The notes: generated by a model from the sequence alone, not told the origin. A stretch of DNA of 64,000 bases from an uncultured Nitrincola sp. (GCA_965243635.1 OZ251574.1:1032188-1096187), one strand, 5' to 3'. Counted from the first letter of the stretch, positions 1 through 10,370 are shown. Made by a program: numbers and translations.

Positions 1-2
1 AA

Positions 3-587
3 TCTAGCACAGAGAATGAAGATTATCAAAGTCGCAAAATTCAAAATTTAGCCGCTAAAAAAGCGATGGCTCAACAAGTTGCGGCAATGGTCCCCAACGG
101 GTCTGCTATCTTCATTAATATAGGCACTTCTACTGAATTAGTTGCCAGGGCACTATTGCAACATTCTGCTTTGAGGGTAGTGACCAATAATATCCATGTC
201 GCGTCTATTCTATCGGCCAATGAAGATTTTCAAGTTATCATTGCGGCGGGTGAGGTGCGGCACAGTGACGGTGGCATCGTCGGAGAGGCAACTTGTGACT
301 TTATTAGCCAATTCAATATGGATATTGGTATTATTGGTATTAGTGGGATTGGCGATGACGGGTCATTATTGGATTATGACCTTCGGGAAGTCAAAGTTGC
401 CCAGGCAATCATCGCTAACTCTAGTAAGGTGATACTGGCTGCTGATCATTCAAAATTTGGCCGTAGCGCGATGGTTAAACAAGCGAGTATCAATCAAATC
501 GATGTCTTAGTAACAGATCAAGCGGTGCCTGAAAAAGTTGCCAATATATTGTCGGAACAAAATATAGCGGTGATCATTTGTGACTGA
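3..587 (+). CDS. glpR: DeoR/GlpR-family transcriptional repressor, 5'-truncated by the window edge
   Basis: The frame is open from base 3 (SSTENEDYQSRKIQNLAAKKAMAQQVA). DeoR C-terminal motifs: IFINIGTSTELVA, VVTNNIHVA, GIIGISGI, LAADHSKFGR. Confidence 0.75.
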   Translation, partial: SSTENEDYQSRKIQNLAAKKAMAQQVAAMVPNGSAIFINIGTSTELVARALLQHSALRVVTNNIHVASILSANEDFQVIIAAGEVRHSDGGIVGEATCDFISQFNMDIGIIGISGIGDDGSLLDYDLREVKVAQAIIANSSKVILAADHSKFGRSAMVKQASINQIDVLVTDQAVPEKVANILSEQNIAVIICD

Positions 588-670
588 TAAAGTGTGAAAT
601 AGCAACTCGTGATCTAATGGTGAAGAGTTAGGGTTAAAAAATCGTGTCTTTGATAGTTTTCATATTTATA

Positions 671-830
671 CCTGGATCCGTGACTTCAAAGTGAATACAG
701 AGTGTAAGATATTGGTTTTACAGTGGAATTGAAAAATCTTAGCCGCACCCATAGGTTCAGCGGGTGTTTTTCTAACCTCTGTATAATCAAGAGATTACGC
801 TATGTAGTGCAGTGAAGTCACTGATTCAGG
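671..830 (+). mobile_element. MITE family A, copy A1 (160 bp)
   Basis: Terminal inverted repeats cctggatccgtgacttca / tgaagtcactgattcagg. TTATA is duplicated at 666-670 and 831-835. Near-identical to A3 and A6. Confidence 0.9.
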
Positions 831-884
831 TTATAGTAAAAGTTGCACCTATCATCATAGGTATAACTGTATAAGGGGTTAACA

Positions 885-2120
885 GTGGTAAATGAAATTA
901 AACGCCAAGATGAGGAACAAGAGCTCGATATATTGTTTGCTCGGCATTCTATCTATACAAAAAACCGAGATGTTGAATACTACGAGCTGTTGTTCCGTAG
1001 CAAAGATAATACATTTGACCCTAATATTGCCGATGAGCAGGCAACTTTTGAGGTGATTGTAAATAACTATGCTAACGTGATTAAAGACGGCATGCAAAAA
1101 ACAGTCCCTTGTTTTATTAAAGTGACAGATGATTTGTTGTTGAATAACAAGTTACCTGACCTGCCAAAAGGCCGTTTTGTTTTGTCTCTATTAGGTAGAT
1201 CAAAAATAACCCCAGAACTCGTTGCAAAGCTGAAAGAACTGGGCAATCAAGGTGTGAGGTTGGCGCTTTCAGACTATGATCCTAGAGAACGACGTTTTGA
1301 CGTGTTATTGAATATAGTACATATCATTAAGCTGGATATTCAGCGTTTAGGTATGGAAAACCTACCTGGCTTGATCGCTAAACTCAAGCCCTTTCATCTT
1401 GAATTACTAGCAGATAAAGTAGAGTCACAAGAACAATATAATCAGTGTGCCACTATGGGTTTTTCGCTTTACCAAGGCTTCTTTCTCAGCGAGCCAGCCA
1501 CTGTCAGAGGCAAAAAAATAGGTGCGAACAAAACAGTATTGTTGCAATTGTTGACGGAGTTTGACAGGCCAGGTGCAAATGCCAAAAGTATCGAAGAGCT
1601 GGCGTTAAATGACCCAAACCTGACCTATAAAATCTTAAAAGTGGTTAATTCTGCGGCGTTTAATACGCCTAAGGAAATCATTTCATTATCTCACGCGATA
1701 AGCTTACTGGGAATGGCGCAAATAAAACGTTGGGTGGTTATTTTTATGACCACCGGGGAAGAGTGCGCCGTACCCGATCTAGTATCGAACATGTTAGTAC
1801 GTGGGAGAATGTGTGAAATAATTTCTGAAATGACTGGACAACATGATCCGATTAGCCATTTTATGGTAGGTTTACTGTCCCAGTTAGATGTGCTGCTGAA
1901 TATTGAAATGTGCGATTTATTAGATCAGATGCCCTTAACTAATGAAATTAGTAACGCTATTTTAGATCATAAAGGTAAAATGGGTGAGATACTAAGCGAT
2001 GTTAAGTACTACCAACACGGTGATTTTGATTCAGTGAAAGGAGATGTCAACAGTACTGTCTATCAAGTTGCCTATCGGCATAGTATTAAATGGGCCGATC
2101 AAGTGATGAAAGCTACCTAA
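885..2120 (+). CDS. EAL + HDOD domain protein (YuxH/CdgJ-like)
   Basis: EAL-like motifs YELLFRS, LLADKVE and YQGFFLSEP; HDOD motif DPNLTYKILKVVNSAAF. GTG start. Confidence 0.85.
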   Translation: MVNEIKRQDEEQELDILFARHSIYTKNRDVEYYELLFRSKDNTFDPNIADEQATFEVIVNNYANVIKDGMQKTVPCFIKVTDDLLLNNKLPDLPKGRFVLSLLGRSKITPELVAKLKELGNQGVRLALSDYDPRERRFDVLLNIVHIIKLDIQRLGMENLPGLIAKLKPFHLELLADKVESQEQYNQCATMGFSLYQGFFLSEPATVRGKKIGANKTVLLQLLTEFDRPGANAKSIEELALNDPNLTYKILKVVNSAAFNTPKEIISLSHAISLLGMAQIKRWVVIFMTTGEECAVPDLVSNMLVRGRMCEIISEMTGQHDPISHFMVGLLSQLDVLLNIEMCDLLDQMPLTNEISNAILDHKGKMGEILSDVKYYQHGDFDSVKGDVNSTVYQVAYRHSIKWADQVMKAT

Positions 2121-2143
2121 GATATTCTGCACAATGTGACACA

Positions 2144-2256
2144 GCCCCGCAGGGTGGATAACTAAGAGCCTATCTCCTTGGTCAGAAACTTGATAAGGAC
2201 TGGGTATTAGCGGGGTTCTCTCTCTCGCGGACATAGGCCCTTAGTTATGCACAGGG
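2144..2256. repeat. Repeat family C, copy C1 (inverted-repeat-bounded element)
   Basis: gtggataactaagagcctat pairs with ataggcccttagttatgcac. The first 24 nt (gccccgcagggtggataactaaga) recur as a reverse complement at 19712-19735. Confidence 0.7.
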
Positions 2257-2302
2257 AGATGTGGGAGTTGTTCTAAAGAGCTAGTATCACTGATAACAGA
2301 AC

Positions 2303-2459
2303 CCTGAATCAGTGACTTCACTGCACCATGTAGCGCAAGTTATTGATTCTAAACGGTTAGTAAAATACTCGCTGAACCTATGGGTGCAGTTAAGATTTTC
2401 AATTCCACTGTAAACCAATATCTTACATTCTGTATTCACTTTGAAGTCACGGATTCAGG
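2303..2459 (-). mobile_element. MITE family A, copy A2 (157 bp)
   Basis: Reverse complement of A1/A3/A6 with both terminal repeats intact. The flanks AGAAC/AGATG match at only 3 of 5 positions. Confidence 0.88.
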
Positions 2460-2727
2460 AGATGACAGCTGTTTTTGATAGCGAGTTTTTTCAAACTGTG
2501 TAGGATCAATGGCCTATGCTTAGCAGTCGGTTATTTTGGTTGAACTGAACATAGCTTCTAAAAAAATAGAGATTGTTTATCAATTCTTTCAGTAATCATT
2601 TAAAGAAGCCCATAAAAAGTTGTAGTATATTAAAGACTGAAACGTCTTGTACTTCACTGTACGTAAATTTTCACAAAGATTTAATTTAAGCTGTCTTTAT
2701 TTGTAGTTGACTAAGGTAATTGATTGA

Positions 2728-5475
2728 TTGAATACTGAGAATAACAAAAGAGCTGCTCGCAATAAAATTCGAAAATTTGTACCATCATTTTTGCTGCAAA
2801 TATGGGTGATATTAGTTGTTTGTGTGGTATTGGTTTCTGAGTTTTTTTGGCTGCCAAGTAGTTTAGAATCTACACTTAATCAGCACATCAATCGCTTTCA
2901 ATTTGTGTTGCAAGTTTCTAGTCGTTTATTTGCTGCTCAGCCCTCTAATATTGAACGAGATCAATTACTTACTCTGCTTAATGAAAATTCTGAGGCTCAA
3001 TACTGGCTGGAAATAGTCTATGCTGAAGAAGCGAACCTAAGGTTACAAGCGGCGGCTAATACAGAACTGCAACTGCTACTCCAGCCATTGTCTGACTCCT
3101 CTCTCGCCTACGGATTATGGTTCAATCCCTCTGAACTTTTACTTGAGCAAGAAGCATTATATCGCTGTTTTGAATTAATACTAATTGCTTTTGTCACTTT
3201 TATTATCGCTATTATTTGGATTAGGCGCTGCTCGTTTATAGCATCGCTAAAGAAATTGATTAAATCGGCTAAATCTTTAGAAGAAGGTGATTTTAATACG
3301 CCATTTCCCAAGGTTAATAGTCATTCCGGGTTAGTTGAATTATTTAACACTTTTGAGGTGAGTCGTAAGGCTCTGTCAAAAAGCCGTTCGGAATTACTCG
3401 CTCAAGTTGACGCTAATAAGCTCAGTGAACAACGATTGCACGATTCACAGGAAGTTGCTAAGTTGGGTAGTTGGGAGTGGATAGTCGAAGAGGATACTGT
3501 TTGGTTTTCAACCAGCCTAGAAAAAATACTAGCTATAGAGAAAGGCTCAGAACATTTTGGAATTAAGGAGTTTTTTCAACAAGTACATCCCGCCGATAGA
3601 AAAACTCTCCTGCAAAGTCTTGCGCCTAAATTGCAAGTTGGCGCGATCGTCTCTACTGATTTTCGAGTGTCAGTAGAAGGCGATATTAAGCATGTGCATT
3701 TGATGGCCGATGTCAAGCAACAAGCTGATGGGAAACTACGTCTGATTGGAACTTGCCAGGACATTAGTGAGCGCAAAGATATTGAATCACTACTGAAAAA
3801 ATTATCTAGTGCTATTACTGCCAGTAGTTCTGGGGTGATGATTACAGATGTGATCGGTACGATTGAGTATTTGAACCCTAAGTTTACTGAAACTACAGGC
3901 TATGAGCTTGAGGACTTAGCGGGAAGTGCATCAGTGATCCTCTCTCGGGATTGTCTACCTGAAGGTCAGTATGATGAAGTTTGGGGGGATATTCTCTCTG
4001 GAAAAAGCTGGCGTGGAGATTTACAAAACATCCGTAAAGATGGCAGTTTATTCTGGTCCGTCGTCTCTATTTCTCCAATTAACAATGAATATAGTGAATT
4101 AACCCATTTCGTTATTGTCTGTGAAGATGTATCTGAACTCAAAGATGCCCATGCAAAAATGGAACAGCTAGCATTATTTGATGAATTAACCGGTCTGCCA
4201 AATCGACGATGGCTTTTTAGAAAACTAGCGGAATTATTTCGTAATGATGTTATGAAATATCCCGCAGTAGTGATGTTATTAGATTTAGATAATTTTAAAG
4301 CAATAAATGACACCCAAGGTCATCCCGCGGGAGACAAATTATTAATTGAGGTGGCTAACCGTCTTAAATTGAGTATACCGGACGAAGGGTTCGCAGCGCG
4401 TTTAGGGGGTGATGAATTCGCGATACTTATCAGCCCAGTCAAAAATGTAGAACAAATTGAAAACCTCGCTAAACAAGTGCTGAATGATATTGCTCGACCC
4501 TTTATTATCAATGGAAGCGAGATAAAAATTAGTACTAGTATCGGACTTGCCTGGCTGCCAAAAGATGGCAATATGCCCGATACTATTTTAAAACATGCAG
4601 ACTTAGCAATGTATCAGGCTAAGGAAATGGGGCGAAATCAATACCGTCAATTCACCGAACAACTGCATGATCAGCTGCAGCGCCATATACGCTTTTCCAG
4701 AGAGTTACCTGAGGCGCTAGCAAATGGCGATTTTTATTTATGCTTCCAGCCTAAAGTAGATCTAGCCGCTAAAAAAATTATTGGGGTCGAAACTCTCATT
4801 CGCTGGAAACATCCTGAATTGGGAAATATATCTCCTTTTGATTTTATCTCGATAGCGGAAGACAGCGGATTTATCGTCCCGCTGGGAAATTGGGTATTTG
4901 CTGAAGCCTGTCGACAAATGAAAAAGTTGCGTGAAATGGGCTATGCTGATTTAACTTGCGCGATTAATATTTCACTGCGACAGTTTAGTGATCCCTCGCT
5001 ACTGGGGGTTATCGAAAAATCTGTTCGCGATAATGGTTTGAAGCCGCAGAACCTCGAAGTTGAAATCACAGAATCTTTATTAATGGAAGATGTTGATAAA
5101 GCCATAATGACCTTGAAAAAAATTCAGAAATTAGGGATTAGTGTCGCCATTGATGACTTCGGAACTGGTTATTCTTCCTTCAGCTATTTGAAAAATTTAC
5201 CGATCAATACTTTAAAAGTGGATAGATGTTTCATTAAAGATATTCCCAGAAGCCATGAAGACATGAAAATCACTGCGGCGATTATATCAATGGCACATAG
5301 CTTGAATCTAAAAGTAGTGGCTGAAGGCATAGAAGTAGAGAGCCAGAGTGAAATATTGTTAGAGCAAAAGTGTGATATTGGACAAGGTTATTTATTTGGC
5401 AAGCCAATGAGGCTAGCTGAATTGAAGCAGCAACTTGATCAAGAGGAGTTTTTAAGGCAACTAGAACAAGGGTGA
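2728..5475 (+). CDS. Membrane HAMP-PAS-PAS-GGDEF-EAL protein (diguanylate cyclase/phosphodiesterase)
   Basis: Two TM segments, HAMP-like region, PAS motifs (VHPADR; WRGDLQNIRKDGSLFW), ARLGGDEF, GVETLIRW, DDFGTGYSS. TTG start. Confidence 0.92.
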   Translation: MNTENNKRAARNKIRKFVPSFLLQIWVILVVCVVLVSEFFWLPSSLESTLNQHINRFQFVLQVSSRLFAAQPSNIERDQLLTLLNENSEAQYWLEIVYAEEANLRLQAAANTELQLLLQPLSDSSLAYGLWFNPSELLLEQEALYRCFELILIAFVTFIIAIIWIRRCSFIASLKKLIKSAKSLEEGDFNTPFPKVNSHSGLVELFNTFEVSRKALSKSRSELLAQVDANKLSEQRLHDSQEVAKLGSWEWIVEEDTVWFSTSLEKILAIEKGSEHFGIKEFFQQVHPADRKTLLQSLAPKLQVGAIVSTDFRVSVEGDIKHVHLMADVKQQADGKLRLIGTCQDISERKDIESLLKKLSSAITASSSGVMITDVIGTIEYLNPKFTETTGYELEDLAGSASVILSRDCLPEGQYDEVWGDILSGKSWRGDLQNIRKDGSLFWSVVSISPINNEYSELTHFVIVCEDVSELKDAHAKMEQLALFDELTGLPNRRWLFRKLAELFRNDVMKYPAVVMLLDLDNFKAINDTQGHPAGDKLLIEVANRLKLSIPDEGFAARLGGDEFAILISPVKNVEQIENLAKQVLNDIARPFIINGSEIKISTSIGLAWLPKDGNMPDTILKHADLAMYQAKEMGRNQYRQFTEQLHDQLQRHIRFSRELPEALANGDFYLCFQPKVDLAAKKIIGVETLIRWKHPELGNISPFDFISIAEDSGFIVPLGNWVFAEACRQMKKLREMGYADLTCAINISLRQFSDPSLLGVIEKSVRDNGLKPQNLEVEITESLLMEDVDKAIMTLKKIQKLGISVAIDDFGTGYSSFSYLKNLPINTLKVDRCFIKDIPRSHEDMKITAAIISMAHSLNLKVVAEGIEVESQSEILLEQKCDIGQGYLFGKPMRLAELKQQLDQEEFLRQLEQG

Positions 5476-5568
5476 ACTGATTTTTTACTAGATTCTAGTT
5501 AGCCAATAGCTGTGTTAGAGTGGCGCAGATTCCTCTAAACTCTATCTGAGGTTGATAAGGAGAATACG

Positions 5569-6540
5569 TTGAATAACGTGAAGAAAATTGACAGCACTCA
5601 GCTGGCGGTACTAGAGCAGTTAATCGCTGCCATTGGCCAGGCTTTACTAGGTAAGCAAACGCAAATAAAGCTCGCACTTACTTGTATTTTGGCCAGTGGT
5701 CATTTACTAATTGAAGATCTACCTGGCATGGGAAAAACCACGCTAGCGCACGCTATCGCTGACGTACTAGGGCTGCGTTATAATCGGGTACAATTTACCA
5801 GCGATTTACTGCCGACTGATTTACTTGGGGTGTCTATTTTTAATCGCACCGAGCAAAATTTTGAGTTTCATCGAGGTCCGATTTTTACTCAGCTACTACT
5901 TGCAGATGAAATTAATCGCACCACTCCTAAAACACAAAGCGCTCTATTAGAGGCGATGGAAGAGGGGCAGGTAAGCATTGAGGGAGCCACCTATGAGCTC
6001 CCCAGCCCTTTCTTTGTGATAGCCACGCAAAATCCTTCACATAATAGTGGCACATATCCACTGCCTGAATCTCAGTTAGATAGATTTATGATGCGTATCC
6101 AGCTGGGGTATCCATCCAGAGAAGCTGAACTGCACATGTTGCGCAGCGTATCGAATCATGTTGGAGCTAGAAACAGAAGTAACAGTAGCCGCGTTAAATT
6201 ATCGGCATTAGTTAACCAAGAGCAACTTGAAAGTTTGCAAGATAAAGCCGCAAGCGTAGTGGTGAGTGATCACTTACTTGATTATCTGCAGAGACTTATT
6301 CAATTTAGTCGTGAAGATAACGCCTTTAAATTTGGCATATCGCCTCGTGGTTCAATGGCTTTACTGTGTGCGGCAAAAGCTTGGGCCTTCTTAGAAAATC
6401 GCAATTATTTATTACCGGAAGATGTACAGCAAGTGTTTGTCGCAGTGATTGGGCACCGGCTGGTTGGCGCGGCAAGCGATCAAGCAACTGGTACTTTAGC
6501 TGAGTATATATTGGCCCAAGTAGATGTGTTGTATGAGTAA
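5569..6540 (+). CDS. MoxR-family AAA+ ATPase
   Basis: EDLPGMGKT Walker A, RVQFTSDLLP, LLADEINR Walker B, ATQNP, GTYPLPESQLDRF. Confidence 0.93.
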   Translation: MNNVKKIDSTQLAVLEQLIAAIGQALLGKQTQIKLALTCILASGHLLIEDLPGMGKTTLAHAIADVLGLRYNRVQFTSDLLPTDLLGVSIFNRTEQNFEFHRGPIFTQLLLADEINRTTPKTQSALLEAMEEGQVSIEGATYELPSPFFVIATQNPSHNSGTYPLPESQLDRFMMRIQLGYPSREAELHMLRSVSNHVGARNRSNSSRVKLSALVNQEQLESLQDKAASVVVSDHLLDYLQRLIQFSREDNAFKFGISPRGSMALLCAAKAWAFLENRNYLLPEDVQQVFVAVIGHRLVGAASDQATGTLAEYILAQVDVLYE

Positions 6541-6572
6541 GGGCTGCTCGTTTAAAAACAGACACAAAGCGC

Positions 6573-7580
6573 ATGCACCTCAGTATTAAACAGCGGTTAG
6601 TCTCCTATAAAAGTAATTTCCTAGCGCAGCGCAGACCGCGTAAAAATCAGCATCGCCTCAAGCAAAATAATCTATTCATATTCCCCTCTATATTAGGTGG
6701 CTGCTATTTATTACTGATCATGCTGCTGTGGCTATTGGGGACGAATTACGATAACAACCTAATTCTTGGGCTCTGTTATCTGTTATTAAGTATTATGCTG
6801 GTTAGTATTTTACACTGCTATTTTAACCTGCAGGGGCTGCAAGTCTCCAGTTGCAAAAGCAGTGCGGTGTTTTGCGGTGAATTGGCGATGATCAAATTAA
6901 AGTTTGAGCGCGCCAGCCTTAAGACACATTCTAGTATCGAGGTGAACTGGCACTCACAAGAGCATAACGGAACTGTGCAGGAGCCTGGCCAAGTTCAGAT
7001 TTTAGATTGGCAAAACCGCAGCACTGTGGAAATGTTGTTTCCTGTGGTTACTATAAGCCGAGGTATCTTTCAGCCCCCTAGGCTAACAATTAAAAGTTAT
7101 TACCCGCTCGGTTTATTGCGATGTTGGTGTGTGTTGGCAATCGATAGTCCGGTGATTGTATACCCTAAGCCAATTGCGGGAAATGCTCATCAGATCGCGT
7201 CATCGGTAAGTAATAGCTCTGCTAAGCCTCGTGATACACAGACACACACCGCTGAGCGAGAGTATCAAGATTTACAGACATATCGAGAGGGCGAACCCGT
7301 CAATCAGATTGCCTGGAAGCATTATGCACGCACTGAAGTACTGTACAAAAAAAATTATGCGTATTTGACGGGAGATCATTGCAGCTTAAACTGGCATAGC
7401 TACCCGGGTATCGCCTCGGAATTACGCTTGCAGTATCTCTGCCACCAAGCCATAAAATTAAGCGCCTTAAGGCAAGTGTTTAGCCTTGAATTACCGGGCT
7501 GTACTATTGCAATGGCTAGTGGGGAAGAACATTATCGTAAAGTTTTACACGCCCTTGCGTTGTTTCCTGAAAATGTATAA
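6573..7580 (+). CDS. DUF58 domain protein
   Basis: N-terminal TM helices, YPLGLLRCW, VYPKP, EYQDLQTYREGEPVNQIAWKHYAR. Located between MoxR and the transglutaminase. Confidence 0.88.
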   Translation: MHLSIKQRLVSYKSNFLAQRRPRKNQHRLKQNNLFIFPSILGGCYLLLIMLLWLLGTNYDNNLILGLCYLLLSIMLVSILHCYFNLQGLQVSSCKSSAVFCGELAMIKLKFERASLKTHSSIEVNWHSQEHNGTVQEPGQVQILDWQNRSTVEMLFPVVTISRGIFQPPRLTIKSYYPLGLLRCWCVLAIDSPVIVYPKPIAGNAHQIASSVSNSSAKPRDTQTHTAEREYQDLQTYREGEPVNQIAWKHYARTEVLYKKNYAYLTGDHCSLNWHSYPGIASELRLQYLCHQAIKLSALRQVFSLELPGCTIAMASGEEHYRKVLHALALFPENV

Positions 7581-7586
7581 GCAGCT

Positions 7587-9674
7587 ATGAATAATCGAGG
7601 GGCAAAGCTGCGACCGGCAGATATTAATTGGCTAGCGACAGCTCTATTACTGGCGATGCTGCCGCTGCTAAACGAGCTTCCCTGGTGGATGTTGACACTC
7701 ACTGTGGTGATGTATGGTTGGCGTGTCCAAATAAATCGAAAAAAGCTGTTAAATCCTCATAAACTACTCAAGTTCGCAGTGCTCATTATCAGCATGGGCT
7801 TACTTGCCGTAAGTATCCAAAATATATTTTCCCTGCAGAGCTTCGTTGGTTTATTGACGCTAACTGCCTCGCTAAAAATTATTGAATTAGAGCAGCGCAG
7901 GGATTACTTGTTACTGGTTTTTTTAGGCTGTTTTGTCAGTGCAAGTCAATTACTCTTCGACAACAGTGTGCTGGTCTTCGGCTATACACTGGGCTGCTTT
8001 TTTGTATTACATTTGTGTCTGTTGCGCGCGAACTTCTCACCACTAGTGAGTGCTTTATTACCGGCGCGTGAGCTGCGCAAGGTAATGGTAATATTTTTAC
8101 AAGCGCTGCCGATCGCTATGGTCCTTTTTCTGGTAGTACCCAGAATAGGTGGCTTGTGGCAAGTACCATTGAACACTGATGTAGCTAAAACCGGGGTCTC
8201 AGATAGTTTAACCATGGGTAGCATTGGGCTTTTAAGTCAAGACTACTCTCCGGCAATGCGCGTCACATTTGCTGCGCAGCAAAAACCGAGCAATGCCGAA
8301 CTGTATTGGCGAGGTGTGGTACTTCCCTACTTTGATGGTCGTACTTGGTCTCGTCAAGCCCCGCAAGACTCCGCTCAACCTGCCGGCATAAAACTTTTGG
8401 CAAAGCCCCAACAACTGCAATTAAATAGTTTTGCAAAGCAAGCTACAAGTACCAAATACAGTTATCAAGTGATGTTAGAAGTGACCGGGCGTCGCTGGTT
8501 GTATGTTTTAAATACTGCAGTGATCGCGCCACAGAGCAGCGACTGGAGTTTAACCCAAGCGGCAAATTATAGCATTGCGCGCTCGACGCCGATTGTTGAA
8601 AGGTATCAGTACCAAGTTGATTCTTACCTCGATTATACTGACACGCGAGAGTTGAGTGCTGCGCAGTACCAAATTTATACCCAGTTACCTGATTCGCTAG
8701 ATGCTAGCGGGAATACAGCTGCTACTAATATTAAAAGCCGAGCTCTCGGGCGACAGTTGCGGGCTAAGTACCCAGAGTCGCAGGCGTTAATTGCTGCGCT
8801 GATGGCGCGTTTTAATCAAGATTTTAGCTATACACTGAACCCTGGTAAGTTAGAGTCGAAGAATGCGATTGATGATTTTTTGTTTACCACTAAGCAAGGT
8901 TATTGCGAGCATTTTGCAAGTAGCAGCGCATTTGTATTACGAGCCGCGGGAATACCCGCAAGAATAGCCGCAGGCTATCAAGGTGGGCAGTGGAGTAGTG
9001 ACAGTAGTTACTTATTAGTTACCCAAGCAGACGCGCACGCATGGGTTGAGGTGTGGCTGGCGGGAAAAGGCTGGGTCAGATTAGACCCGACCACGGCTGT
9101 CGCCCCAGAGCGAATAGAGTTAGGTAGCACATCCTTAATAGCTGCGTTAAACACCAACATGGGATTTGTCGTGCAGCTCAATCAACTCAGTTTGGTTAGA
9201 GAATTTAGACTGAGTTGGGATAAAGTGAACTATCAATGGCATCGCTGGGTGATAGGCTATGATAATCAACTGCAATTCTCGCTGGTTAAAAAACTGCTCG
9301 GTGGTGTTGATGCCTGGCGAATTGGGCTGCTAATCCTGCTGGTGGTAAGTGCTGTGCTATTGCCGATTTTACTAATGGTATATTGGCCGCGTCGAAAAGC
9401 TCGACCAGCTCCACTGCTAATCAGTTTACAAAAGCTCGATAAAAAAATAGCTGGATTAAAAGTTTATAGGCGTAAAGGAGAAACTCTGGCTGCCTTGTTA
9501 GACCGAGCCTCTCTAGTTAGCCAAGTGAATAAAGGCATCTTTAGCATGCTCGGTGATAAATTAAATAGCGCTTTGTATGGGGTGGCAGCGTCTCAATTGA
9601 CAGATGAAGTGTCGAGAACTCGAAAAGTCAGCTTAGAAATAGATGCTTTAATTAAAAAAATTAAAGTCAATTGA
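7587..9674 (+). CDS. tgpA: DUF3488 + transglutaminase-like membrane protein (TgpA family)
   Basis: Multi-TM N-terminus, LYWRGVVL. Catalytic-triad motifs QGYCEHFAS, DAHAWVEVW and WVRLDPT. Confidence 0.88.
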   Translation: MNNRGAKLRPADINWLATALLLAMLPLLNELPWWMLTLTVVMYGWRVQINRKKLLNPHKLLKFAVLIISMGLLAVSIQNIFSLQSFVGLLTLTASLKIIELEQRRDYLLLVFLGCFVSASQLLFDNSVLVFGYTLGCFFVLHLCLLRANFSPLVSALLPARELRKVMVIFLQALPIAMVLFLVVPRIGGLWQVPLNTDVAKTGVSDSLTMGSIGLLSQDYSPAMRVTFAAQQKPSNAELYWRGVVLPYFDGRTWSRQAPQDSAQPAGIKLLAKPQQLQLNSFAKQATSTKYSYQVMLEVTGRRWLYVLNTAVIAPQSSDWSLTQAANYSIARSTPIVERYQYQVDSYLDYTDTRELSAAQYQIYTQLPDSLDASGNTAATNIKSRALGRQLRAKYPESQALIAALMARFNQDFSYTLNPGKLESKNAIDDFLFTTKQGYCEHFASSSAFVLRAAGIPARIAAGYQGGQWSSDSSYLLVTQADAHAWVEVWLAGKGWVRLDPTTAVAPERIELGSTSLIAALNTNMGFVVQLNQLSLVREFRLSWDKVNYQWHRWVIGYDNQLQFSLVKKLLGGVDAWRIGLLILLVVSAVLLPILLMVYWPRRKARPAPLLISLQKLDKKIAGLKVYRRKGETLAALLDRASLVSQVNKGIFSMLGDKLNSALYGVAASQLTDEVSRTRKVSLEIDALIKKIKVN

Positions 9675-9822
9675 TGAGATCTCTTGATAGAATCGATCTA
9701 ACTGAACTGAAGCTATCAATGTCGTTCCAATTCAGTTGAGTGCTAATAATTGACCACTATATTTTGCTGCTCTAGTGTCAATGCTCAACCAATTCTCCTC
9801 GGCCAAGTAACCATAAAGTGAT

Positions 9823-10326
9823 GTGATGAAAACGTTAATCTTAAAAGTACTAATTGTTTTATCTTTAGCAGTCAGTCAGCAAGTTTTAGCCATTGATTTG
9901 CAGGCTTTTAATGGTTACAAAAGCTCACTGAGTGAGCAAGTTGGCCGCGGGAAATGGTCGGTAGTGGTATTTTGGAGCCACAGTTGTGTTATTTGCCGTC
10001 GCGAAACTCCCCTATTAAATGCCTTTTATCACCAGCATAAGAATCGAGATGCACGAGTGATCGGGATAAGTATCGATGGCAAAAAAAATCAGCGTAAAGC
10101 CGAATTGTTTATGCGTCAAACTCAGATGGCATTTCCAACCTTTATCAGTGAATTACCGGTACTTGCCATCCAATTTCAAGCGCTAAGTGGGGCTGACTTT
10201 CGCGGCACGCCAACATTTTTACTGTTCGATCCAAACGGCGAGTTAGTCGCCATGCAAACAGGACCGGTTAGCATGGCTGCGTTGGAGCGTTTTATCGGTG
10301 GCGGAAAACTTGCTGAGAAAACGTGA
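9823..10326 (+). CDS. Exported TlpA/thioredoxin-like disulfide oxidoreductase
   Basis: Signal peptide, FWSHSCVIC (CxxC), VIGISID, GTPTFLLFDPNG. Confidence 0.82.
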   Translation: MMKTLILKVLIVLSLAVSQQVLAIDLQAFNGYKSSLSEQVGRGKWSVVVFWSHSCVICRRETPLLNAFYHQHKNRDARVIGISIDGKKNQRKAELFMRQTQMAFPTFISELPVLAIQFQALSGADFRGTPTFLLFDPNGELVAMQTGPVSMAALERFIGGGKLAEKT

Positions 10327-10370
10327 CGGGAGAATGTCATTGAAAGAGAGCGAGGAGGTAAAGAGTTTCA

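Noticed and set aside
2125-2253. Replication origin suggested by three DnaA-like boxes
   Set aside because: The boxes are part of a repeat element, there is no dnaA/dnaN/gidA context, and no clear unwinding element is visible.
666-2464. Proven composite transposon around the EAL-HDOD gene
   Set aside because: The outer flanks do not form a duplication and A1 retains its own. It is kept only as a potential in findings.
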